Shown one piece after another: positions 16,129 to 23,038 of a stretch of DNA of 32,000 bases. Under the pieces are notes generated by a model. That model did no database searches. It worked only from the letters and a program-made list of their open reading frames with translations, and was not told the DNA's origin. Source of the DNA: Gemmataceae bacterium (GTDB lineage Bacteria > Planctomycetota > Planctomycetia > Gemmatales > Gemmataceae); NCBI GenBank assembly GCA_901538445.1, contig LR594584.1:2667586-2699585 (forward strand), written 5' to 3'. Numbering within the stretch: the first letter of the stretch is position 1; each line of letters opens with the position of its first letter. The position numbers and the translations under genes are program-made.

Positions 16129-17040
16129 CTACTTCTTCTCCAAGAGATACCTGTCGAACCACTCCCGGATCTCAGGAAGGTGCGGAACCGCCTGGCGGGC
16201 CGAGTGCGTCATTCCCTTTTTGACGCCGAGTTCACAGACCACGTCGAACTGCTTCAACCTTTCGATGAGCCGCTCGGACTGACTGAGCGGAACCAATTCG
16301 TCCTTGTCGCCGTGGAGGATGCGGACAGGGGCGGCGTCCTTCGTGGCGCAGTGCAGCGGGGAGCAGTCGCGGCCGAGTTCACGGCGCCGCTCGGGGGTAA
16401 CGGTGGTGAATTTGCCGGCTTTTGCGTCGAACTCGCGGAACGGAAATAGTGCGTCGGGCGCGAACCCCTTCGGCGGGTTCGCCTCGAACGCCTGGAAGTC
16501 CGTCACGGGGAAGAAGCACGCCACCGCGGCGACCTTCGACGACTCGCGGTCGACCGGGTCGGCGGCCGCCGGGTCGCCGGGCTTGCCGGCGACGCCCATC
16601 ATCAGCGACAGGTGCCCGCCCGACGACATCCCGGCAATGCCGAGCTTGTCCGGGTTCACGCCGTGCTTCTTGGCGTTCGCCTTGATGAACCGGACCGCCC
16701 GGTGCATGTCCTCGACGATCTCCGGAACGGTGAACCGCGGCTGGCTGCCGTGCTGGACGGCGAACACCGTGTAACCGCGGTCGAGGAACTCCGGAAAAAT
16801 CAGCCGCTCGGCGAGCCCGAGGTACGCCTTGTCGGACTTGAAGTCGCCGGAGATGCAGATGATGACCCCGGCCCCGTTCGCCTTCCCCTTGGGGGGTCCG
16901 AAGACGTCGAGGGTCAGCGCCAGGTTGTCGCGCCGTCCGTAGATCACGTCCTCGGTCCGCGTTACGGAGGAAGGCTGCGCCATGACAGGCGCGTGGAGGC
17001 ACAGAGCGGCCACGACCGCAAGACAGGTTCGGGCGAACAT
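16129..17040 (-). CDS. alpha/beta hydrolase, tandem paralog of 15122-16048
   Basis: ATG at 17040 gives the signal peptide MFARTCLAVVAALCLHAPVMAQ. It has GIAGMSSGGHLS, HGDKDELVP, and long collinear identity with the neighbour (TRTEDVIYGR..LTLDVF..FLDRGYTVF.V.HGSQP.FT.PE..EDMHRAVRFIKANAKK...PDK.GIAG). Confidence 0.85.
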   Translation of the reverse strand: MFARTCLAVVAALCLHAPVMAQPSSVTRTEDVIYGRRDNLALTLDVFGPPKGKANGAGVIICISGDFKSDKAYLGLAERLIFPEFLDRGYTVFAVQHGSQPRFTVPEIVEDMHRAVRFIKANAKKHGVNPDKLGIAGMSSGGHLSLMMGVAGKPGDPAAADPVDRESSKVAAVACFFPVTDFQAFEANPPKGFAPDALFPFREFDAKAGKFTTVTPERRRELGRDCSPLHCATKDAAPVRILHGDKDELVPLSQSERLIERLKQFDVVCELGVKKGMTHSARQAVPHLPEIREWFDRYLLEKK

Positions 17041-17136
17041 GGGGCGTCTCGCTGGGGTTACCCGGGTCGATAATGATCGGACCCGGACACAATGGTAATC
17101 GCTGACCACTGTCCCAGCGAATCAGATTTTGATTTC

Positions 17137-17631
17137 TTACGCAGAGGTGTTCGGGTGCCCGGCCCCGCCGCGGACGGCGAACACCAGGGTCGCTTCCGCC
17201 GCGGGGCCGCGCGTGACCGGGGGCTTCACCCCGAACAGTGCCTGGAACACGGCCGCAAGCCCGGCCGTGTCCGGCATGTGCTCGGAGGGGTTCACCAGCA
17301 CGGTGAAGCTCCCCCGGCCCCCCGTCGCGAGTGTCACGGGAACGACGAGATCGGCCGCGGGGCCGGTCGGTGTGAAGACGCTCAGCCGTTCCACCTGTGC
17401 GGCGAGCGCGGCGAGGTAGCGGTCGAACTCGGGCCGCACGTCGGCATCGGCGTCGGACAGCGGAACGGTTATCGTGGTCGAAAACAGGGCGACGACCGCG
17501 CCGGCCGGCGCGGCGCCGTTCGCGGGAACGGGCACCGGGGTGGCGCACTGCGGGCACCGGTCCTGCCGGCCGCGCATCTCGTCCTCGACCGTGAACCCGT
17601 GGCCGCACCGCGGGCACTGCACGCGAATCAT
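17137..17631 (-). CDS. zinc-ribbon domain protein (164 aa), C-terminal domain of unknown function
   Basis: ATG at 17631 gives MIRVQCPRCGHGFTVEDEMRGRQDRCPQC, a CxxC...CxxC zinc ribbon. Its start shares one base with the stop of the upstream ankyrin gene (TGATG on the minus strand). This is the tail of track ORF 17137..18543(-). Confidence 0.7.
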   Translation of the reverse strand: MIRVQCPRCGHGFTVEDEMRGRQDRCPQCATPVPVPANGAAPAGAVVALFSTTITVPLSDADADVRPEFDRYLAALAAQVERLSVFTPTGPAADLVVPVTLATGGRGSFTVLVNPSEHMPDTAGLAAVFQALFGVKPPVTRGPAAEATLVFAVRGGAGHPNTSA

Positions 17632-18281
17632 CAGTTCCCCTTGGGTTGGTCGGCCGGCTTCTTCGGCGGGTCGGTCTTGTCGGCGGGCTTCTTCAGGAAC
17701 GGCACCGGCTTCAGGTCGAGCTTCTTCACCGACTGGAGGTAGTCGAGCACCTTGGCCGAGCGGTCGCCGCCGACCTGGGCGTGGAAGTGGAGCGCGAACC
17801 CGTGCGGCCCCTTCGCGTCGATGAGCTTCGGCTGGAGCGTCAGGAACGCCCGCACCGCGTCGAGCTGGCCCATCATCGCGGCGCAGAAGATGTCGATGCG
17901 CGCCCCGTTTTCGAGGAGGTATTCGACGATGTCGTGCCGGCCCATGTGCGATGCAGCGCCGAGGGCGGTCTCCCAGTCGCCCGCCCCCCAGTTCACCGTC
18001 GCGTGCAGCAACCCCGGCTCCCGCTCCAGGAGCCTCTTCGTCATGCCGAGGTCCATGTGGGCGAAGACGACGAAGTCCTGCACGAGGAGCCGGTTGATCT
18101 GCGGATTCTTCCAGCTCGGGTTGAACCCGGGCGGCGGGTAGTCGCGGGTGAACGGCGCTTCGGTCGGGAGCCGGTGCGGCATCGGGGCCACGTCGGGCGT
18201 GTCGGCCGCGAGCGCCTCGCGGCCGAGCACGACGCTGGCGGTGAACGCGGCGAACGAGCGGCGGTCGATGGGGTCGGGCAT
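17631..18281 (-). CDS. ankyrin-repeat protein with twin-arginine-type signal
   Basis: MPDPIDRRSFAAFTASVVLG is a Tat-like leader. Ankyrin-like repeats include ETALGAASHMGRHDIVEYLLENGARIDIFCAAMMGQLDAVRAFL. The C-terminal tail is lysine/proline-rich. Confidence 0.8.
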   Translation of the reverse strand: MPDPIDRRSFAAFTASVVLGREALAADTPDVAPMPHRLPTEAPFTRDYPPPGFNPSWKNPQINRLLVQDFVVFAHMDLGMTKRLLEREPGLLHATVNWGAGDWETALGAASHMGRHDIVEYLLENGARIDIFCAAMMGQLDAVRAFLTLQPKLIDAKGPHGFALHFHAQVGGDRSAKVLDYLQSVKKLDLKPVPFLKKPADKTDPPKKPADQPKGN

Positions 18282-18416
18282 CGGGGGTGCTCCGGGTCGG
18301 GCGGTGTGTTCCCACTATACCCGTGGCGGTCGGGATTGCGAGCCGCTGCCGCCTTCCCCTGCCCCGCCGCGTTGGGTACGCTTGCTGGAGTCCCTCGCAC
18401 ACCGAACGGACCCGCC

Positions 18417-19718
18417 ATGCACCCCACCCGACTCGCCCTCGCGCTGTGCCTCCTCGCCGGAACCGCCGCGGCCGCAGCCGACTGGCCCACGCTTCTCGGC
18501 CCGACCCGCGACGGCGCGTCCCCCGAGAAGGGGATCGTCGCACCGTGGCCCAAAGAGGGGCTCAAGAAGCTCTGGGAGTGCAAGCTCGGCATCGGGTACG
18601 CGCCCCCCGTGGTCGCCAACGGGAAGCTCTACCACTTCGACCGGTTCGACGACGCCTGCCGGACCACCTGCCGCGACGCCGCGACCGGCAAGGAACTCTG
18701 GAAGCACGAGTTCCCCACCGCCTACGAGGACCGGTACGGGTACGAGCCCGGCCCCCGCGCGTGCCCGGTCATCGACGGCGACCGCGTATACGTCTACGGC
18801 CCCGACGGGTTGCTCGTGTGCCTGAAGGCCGACGACGGGAAAGAGCTGTGGCGGCTCGACACGAAGGCGAAGTACCACTTCCACCAGAACTTCTTCGGCG
18901 TCGGCAGCGTGCCGGTCGTGGACGGCGACCTGCTCATCGTCGCCGTGGGCGGCAGCGAGAAGGGGCCGCGACCGGTCGATTTCCGGCAGGTGAAGCCCAA
19001 CGGCACCGCGTTCGTCGGGATCGACAAGAAAACCGGCACCGTGAAGTACGAGGCCGGGGACGAACTCGCGAGCTACGCCAGCCCGACAATCGCCCCCATC
19101 GACGGCAAGAAGACCGCCCTGTACTTCGGCCGCGGCGGGCTGACCGGGTTCGACCCGCAGACCGGCAAGCAACTGTTCCGCGAGCCGTGGCGGGCGAAGA
19201 TCGAGGAGAGCGTGAACGCCGCGAACCCGGTCGTCGTCGGCGACCAGATCCTGCTGACCGAGTGCTACGGCCCGGGTGCGGTGCTGATCGAGGTCAAGGG
19301 CGGGAACGTCAAGGAGGTCTGGAGCGACGCGGCCAAGGAGCGCGACGAGAAGACCCTCCAGTGCCACTGGAACACGCCGGTCCACCTCAACGGGTTCGTT
19401 TACGGCAGCAGCGGCCGGCACACCGAGGACGCCGAACTGCGGTGCGTCGAGCTGAAGACCGGAGAGGTAAAGTGGGCCAAGCGCAAGACGACCCGTTGCA
19501 CGTTCCTCGCGGTGGACGGGCACCTCGTGAGCCTGTCGGAGTACGGGCTGCTGTCGCTCATCAAGCCGAGCCCGGAGAAGTACGACGAGGTGTCGAAGTA
19601 CGAGGTGCCCGAACTGGAGTACCCGTGCTGGGCACCGCCGGTGCTGAGCAACGGGATCATGTACGTCCGCGGGAAGGGCAAGCTGCTCGCGCTGGAGCTG
19701 ATCCCGGGGAAGAAATAG
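18417..19718 (+). CDS. PQQ-like (BamB/YfgL-type) beta-propeller repeat protein, secreted
   Basis: ATG at 18417 gives the signal peptide MHPTRLALALCLLAGTAAAAADW. Propeller blades recur: ..DAATGKELWKHEF, ..KADDGKELWRLD, ..DKKTGTVKYE, ..DPQTGKQLFRE, ..ELKTGEVKWAK. It ends ..YVRGKGKLLALEL. Confidence 0.85.
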   Translation: MHPTRLALALCLLAGTAAAAADWPTLLGPTRDGASPEKGIVAPWPKEGLKKLWECKLGIGYAPPVVANGKLYHFDRFDDACRTTCRDAATGKELWKHEFPTAYEDRYGYEPGPRACPVIDGDRVYVYGPDGLLVCLKADDGKELWRLDTKAKYHFHQNFFGVGSVPVVDGDLLIVAVGGSEKGPRPVDFRQVKPNGTAFVGIDKKTGTVKYEAGDELASYASPTIAPIDGKKTALYFGRGGLTGFDPQTGKQLFREPWRAKIEESVNAANPVVVGDQILLTECYGPGAVLIEVKGGNVKEVWSDAAKERDEKTLQCHWNTPVHLNGFVYGSSGRHTEDAELRCVELKTGEVKWAKRKTTRCTFLAVDGHLVSLSEYGLLSLIKPSPEKYDEVSKYEVPELEYPCWAPPVLSNGIMYVRGKGKLLALELIPGKK

Positions 19719-19744
19719 AACACCGGATTGCCGAACCGCGATGT

Positions 19745-19770
19745 GGACCCGGGGTTGAAACCCCGGGTCC
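19745..19770. repeat. 11-bp perfect hairpin between the PQQ gene stop and the Y1 transposase start; short REP-like unit
   Basis: GGACCCGGGGT (19745-19755) pairs with ACCCCGGGTCC (19760-19770) around the loop TGAA. It is preceded by GTGG. The stem core CC(C)GGGGT/ACCCC(G)GG matches the CC(A)GGGGT/ACCCC(T)GG stem of the 5404-5512 element, with a compensated base pair. Confidence 0.6.
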
Positions 19771-19794
19771 GCGAACCCCACCCCCCGGTGCCCT

Positions 19795-20247
19795 GTGCCG
19801 CAGTCGCTCGCGAGCGTGTACGTCCACCTCGTCTTCAGTACGAAGAACCGCATGCCGCGGATAACGCCCGACCTCCGTACGAGACTGTACCCATACCTCG
19901 CTGCGATCGACCTCGGCCGAGGTACCAAGGTTCTCGACATTGGCGGCGTCGCCGATCACGTCCACGTGCTCACCGCTTTCGGCCGCGAGGTCACGATTGC
20001 CGACACGGTGAAGGCTCTGAAAGGGGCGTCGTCGCGGTGGGTGAACGAGACGTTCGCGGCAGAACTTCCGTTCGCGTGGCAGAACGGGTACGGGGCGTTT
20101 TCGATCGGCTACCCGGACCTGTTAGCCTTGAAGGGATACCTCGCGGGACAGGAGGAGCACCACAGGCTGACCGAATACCAGGACGAGTACCGCGAGTTGC
20201 TCTCGCACAACGGGCTCGTATGGGATGAGAAGTACGTTTGGGACTGA
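19795..20247 (+). CDS. IS200-like Y1 (HUH) transposase family protein, either a RAYT or a domesticated type
   Basis: GTG at 19795. (M)PQSLASVYVHLVFSTKNR is the N-terminal beta-strand motif. The HUH motif is ADHVHVL. It also has WQNGYGAFS, and the C-terminal helix carries the catalytic Tyr context LKGYLAGQEEHH. It is 150 aa, matching the Y1_Tnp / COG1943 architecture. Confidence 0.85.
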   Translation: MPQSLASVYVHLVFSTKNRMPRITPDLRTRLYPYLAAIDLGRGTKVLDIGGVADHVHVLTAFGREVTIADTVKALKGASSRWVNETFAAELPFAWQNGYGAFSIGYPDLLALKGYLAGQEEHHRLTEYQDEYRELLSHNGLVWDEKYVWD

Positions 20248-20432
20248 TCGCCCCCCCTCCGCGCAGCGCGGTGTCAAGCGAATTTTCCGGCACCCCTGTT
20301 GCCGGGGGCCGGCTCGCGTTATAAACGATATCTTCTCACGCACCGCCGCAAGCGCTTTGTCCGCACGAAGCCACCGCAGCGGGAGGGGTCGTAGCCGGAA
20401 CACCGGCGAACCCCGCTACCGAGAGGAACGAA

Positions 20433-21284
20433 ATGGCGAACGAACAGCCCGACGCAGCCGCGGCCCCGGAGCCGACGGCCGCAGCCCCCTCCGCAGAAGC
20501 CAAGCCCGTCGAAACCGGTGGCAAGCCCGCCGCCGAGGCGGCCCTCCCGACCGCCAAGCGGACCAAGAAGCCGGGCGTCCCGCCCCGCCGCGGGAAGAAG
20601 CTCCGCAACCACCTCCGCAACGTGGAGAAGAAGCTCCGCGAGACCGGCACGGTGCCGCTCAAGCAGGCCGTCGCGGAACTCAAGAAGCTCAAGCGCGCCA
20701 AGTTCGACGAGACCGTCGAGGTCCACATCAACCTCGGCATCGACGTCACCCAGTCCGACCAGATGGTCCGCGGCGCGATCCCGCTGCCGCACGGCATCGG
20801 CAAGAGCGTCCGGGTCGCGGTGTTCGCCCAGGGCGACAACGCCGCCAAGGCGAAGGCCGCCGGGGCCGACATCGTCGGGGCCGCCGACCTGGTCGAGAAG
20901 GTCCAAAAGGAAGGGTTCCTCGAGTTCGACGTGGTCATCGCCACCCAGGACATGATGGCGATGGTGTCCCGGCTCGGTAAGGTGCTCGGCCCGCGCGGCC
21001 TGATGCCCACCCCGAAGGCCGGCACCGTGGTCCCCGCCTCGGGCAACCTCGAGGCCGCGGTCCGCGAGTTCAAGGCCGGTAAGGTCGAGTACCGGTCCGA
21101 CAAGACCGGGCAGATCCACGCGGGCGTCGGCAAGATGAGCTTCGACGAGCAGAAGCTCGTCGAGAACATCAACGTCTTCGTCGAGCAGGTCCGCAACGCC
21201 AAGCCGTCCGGCGTGAAGGGCAACTTCATCAACGGGGTGGTGCTCTCCGCCACCATGTCCCCGGGCATCCGGGTGTCCTTCTAG
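20433..21284 (+). CDS. rplA: 50S ribosomal protein L1 with a roughly 50-aa Ala/Pro/Lys-rich N-terminal extension
   Basis: ATG at 20433 with GAGAGG 6 nt upstream. The core is KFDETVEVHINLGID....DQ.VRG...LPHG.GK..RVAVFA.G..A..A..AGAD.VG..DL......G...FD..IAT.DMM....RLG..LGPRGLMP.PK.GTV. It is 283 aa, against about 230 aa typically. Confidence 0.93.
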   Translation: MANEQPDAAAAPEPTAAAPSAEAKPVETGGKPAAEAALPTAKRTKKPGVPPRRGKKLRNHLRNVEKKLRETGTVPLKQAVAELKKLKRAKFDETVEVHINLGIDVTQSDQMVRGAIPLPHGIGKSVRVAVFAQGDNAAKAKAAGADIVGAADLVEKVQKEGFLEFDVVIATQDMMAMVSRLGKVLGPRGLMPTPKAGTVVPASGNLEAAVREFKAGKVEYRSDKTGQIHAGVGKMSFDEQKLVENINVFVEQVRNAKPSGVKGNFINGVVLSATMSPGIRVSF

Positions 21285-21290
21285 CCGCAA

Positions 21291-21407
21291 AGTGGACAGT
21301 GGGGAGTGAGCAGTGGGCAGACAAGCCCGCTGTTCCGCCCGCGGTCCCCGGCACGAATTGCCGGCTGGTGTCTTAACTGCACACTGCCCACAACACACTG
21401 AACACTG
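21291..21407 (+). repeat. imperfect palindrome in the rplJ leader (G/T-rich arm 21291-21320, C/A-rich arm 21378-21407) with a central 6-bp hairpin
   Basis: GTGGGCAG (21313-21320) pairs exactly with CTGCCCAC (21384-21391). The flanking arm positions pair only partly. A CCGGCA/TGCCGG hairpin lies at 21348-21364. The element ends 8 nt before the rplJ ATG. Confidence 0.4.
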
Positions 21408-21415
21408 GCGCAGCA

Positions 21416-21952
21416 ATGAGCAAGAAGATCAAAGAGCTGGAGCTGAACACCCTCCGCAACACCTTCAAGGGCGTGCGGGACATGGTCCTGCTGGAGCCGC
21501 TGAAGCTCGACTCGGCCACCGAGTACGAGTTCCGCAAGAAGCTCCGCGAGAAGAAGATCCGGGTCAAGCTCGTGAAGAACACCCTCGTCAAGAAGGTGTT
21601 CACCGAGAACGGCGTCGCCGCCGAGACCGGCAGCGGCCCGACCCTGCTGGCCTGGGGCGGCGACAGCGTCAAGGAACTGGCGCTGGCCGTGAGCGGGCTG
21701 ATCAAGGAACTGAAGAAGGATCCCAAGGCTCCGGACAAGTTCAAGGTCAAGACGGCGGTGTCGGAAGGCGCGCCGGTCTCGATGGAACTGGCCGAGAAGA
21801 TCCCGACCCGCAAGGAGGCCATCGGCGGCCTCGTCTCCGCGATCCTCGGGCCGGGTGCCGCCGTCGCGGGCGCGCTCACCGGGCCGGCCAACAACCTCGC
21901 CGGCATCCTCAAGGCGATCGAAGAGAAGACCGCGGCCCCGGCCGCGGGCTGA
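21416..21952 (+). CDS. rplJ: 50S ribosomal protein L10
   Basis: 178 aa, located between rplA and rplL. The sequence MSKKIKELELNTLRNTFKGVRDMVLLEPLKLDSATEYEFRKKLREKKIRVKLVKNTLVKKV fits the L10 N-terminal domain, and the C-terminal helix region would bind L12. Confidence 0.88.
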   Translation: MSKKIKELELNTLRNTFKGVRDMVLLEPLKLDSATEYEFRKKLREKKIRVKLVKNTLVKKVFTENGVAAETGSGPTLLAWGGDSVKELALAVSGLIKELKKDPKAPDKFKVKTAVSEGAPVSMELAEKIPTRKEAIGGLVSAILGPGAAVAGALTGPANNLAGILKAIEEKTAAPAAG

Positions 21953-21970
21953 TTCCGAACCCGAACCGAA

Positions 21971-22074
21971 CCCCGGGCGTTGCCCGGGGCTCAGATTGTC
22001 TCAGCCTTTCAGGCTGAATACCGTCTTGCAGGCTGAAAGCCTGCGACAACCTCAGCCCAGGGCAACGCCCTGGG
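21971..22074. repeat. two inverted copies of a 47-nt two-hairpin unit in the rplJ-rplL spacer
   Basis: The hairpins are 21971-21989 (CCCCGGGC/GCCCGGGG), 22001-22017 (TCAGCCT/AGGCTGA), 22028-22044 (GCAGGCT/AGCCTGC) and 22056-22074 (CCCAGGGC/GCCCTGGG). 21971-22017 matches the reverse complement of 22028-22074 at 39 of 47 positions. Confidence 0.8.
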
Positions 22075-22147
22075 TTGCGAGATTCCCAGGGCTATTACGC
22101 TTCCGCCGGGCCGCTTCACCCGGCAGCTTTACGAAAGGAATACTCCC

Positions 22148-22549
22148 ATGGCGAGCATTGCTGAACTGGGCGAACAAATCGCGGGCCTCACCATCGCACA
22201 GGCCGTCGAACTGAAGAACCTGCTCAAGGACAAGTACGGCATCGAGCCGGCCGCCGGCGGTGCCGTGATGGTGCAGGGCGGTGGCGGTGGCGGTGGCGAG
22301 AAGAAGGAAGAAGCTGCGGCTCCGACCGAGTTCAACGTGATCCTCGAGGGCGGCTTCGACGCCGCCAAGAAGGTCGGCATCATCAAGGTCGTCCGCGAGC
22401 TGACTGGCCAGGGTCTGGCCGAGGCCAAGGCGACCGTCGAGTCGGCCCCGAAGGCGATCAAGGAAAACGTGGACAAGAAGATCGCCGAAGACCTCAAGAA
22501 GAAGCTCGAAGACGCCGGCGCGAAGGTCACCGTCAAGCCGGCCGGCTGA
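22148..22549 (+). CDS. rplL: 50S ribosomal protein L7/L12
   Basis: 133 aa. The N-terminal dimerisation helix is ..[28 protein letters not shown]. It has a Gly/Ala hinge and the C-terminal domain EF.V.L......KK..IKVVRE.TG.GL.EAK..VE.AP..IKE.V.K..AE..KKKLE.AGA.V..K. Confidence 0.95.
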   Translation: MASIAELGEQIAGLTIAQAVELKNLLKDKYGIEPAAGGAVMVQGGGGGGGEKKEEAAAPTEFNVILEGGFDAAKKVGIIKVVRELTGQGLAEAKATVESAPKAIKENVDKKIAEDLKKKLEDAGAKVTVKPAG

Positions 22550-22567
22550 GTGCCCGTGTCAACGAAC

Positions 22568-22596
22568 CGAGCCCACCCGTCGAACGGGTGGGCTCG
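22568..22596 (+). terminator. 12-bp perfect hairpin 19 nt after the rplL stop (attenuator/terminator-like, no U-tract)
   Basis: CGAGCCCACCCG (22568-22579) pairs with CGGGTGGGCTCG (22585-22596) around the loop TCGAA. Confidence 0.45.
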
Positions 22597-22662
22597 TGCT
22601 GCTCTATCGTGCAAAAAAAATGCCCGGGTGGGTAGATTTACTCAATCCACTCGAATACGATG

Positions 22663-22692
22663 ACCGGTAGCGGTCGAGTGGACCGGTTTTTT
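22663..22692 (+). terminator. candidate intrinsic terminator with U-tract in the rplL-rpoB spacer
   Basis: ACCGGT (22663-22668) can pair with ACCGGT (22682-22687). The inner alternative is CGGTC/GACCG (22671-22675 / 22681-22685). T6 follows directly at 22687-22692. An alternative 8-bp stem is 22647-22654 / 22674-22681. Confidence 0.4.
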
Positions 22693-23038
22693 CGGCCCCG
22701 TATCCATCTCCTCTGGCCAGGGGAGCGGTCAACGGGGCCATCCGCGTAGCCAGTGGTGACAATGCGCGCGACCCACTTGCCCGGATGTGCCTTACCCCCT
22801 CGAATCCACACCATGCCCTTGCTTGTGGGAACAGTCAGTCCGCGGTTCGCCGGCCCAAGCGGTGAACCTGACGGGCCGTTGTCGGTGTCCTTGACTCGCG
22901 CGTCGCGCGCGCCGGGGCGGCCCCCCGTGTCCGCCGCGATCACTCGTCGTTACTGCGTCCAATAACCACCCCCGCGTCCCGACGCAAGGTCCACTGCCAC
23001 AGGGGCAGCGGTCGCGCGCCGGCTTCGCCGTTTTTCCG

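Noticed and set aside
16049-17136. Short hairpins in the spacers between the esterase genes (TCGCGGG/CCCGCGA at about 16058-16083) and after the zinc-ribbon gene (CCGGGTC/GACCCGG at about 17061-17085)
   Set aside because: These are 6-7-bp stems without U-tracts and without repeats elsewhere in the window. They cannot be distinguished from chance structure in GC-rich DNA.
20248-20432. Possible L1-binding autoregulatory leader upstream of rplA (GCGGGAGGGG...GCCGG-AACA-CCGGC...CCCCGC nested stems at about 20379-20416) and a TTGCCG/TATAAA promoter-like pair
   Set aside because: The stems are real in the sequence. However, I cannot verify resemblance to the 23S rRNA L1 site by eye. The promoter spacing is only 15 nt and planctomycete promoter consensus is poorly defined, so the evidence is too weak to annotate.
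22638-22943. 101-codon minus-strand ORF in the rplL-rpoB spacer; KGMVWIRGGKAHPGKWVARI faintly recalls an AP2-type DNA-binding strand motif
   Set aside because: By hand count only about 73% of its codons end in G/C, clearly below the neighbouring genes. It has several rare codons (ATA, AGA, CTA, GTA, CGA x3). There is no convincing RBS or terminator, and the rest of the AP2 pattern (LG.F...EEAA) is missing. It is left as an open item within the spacer finding, not annotated.
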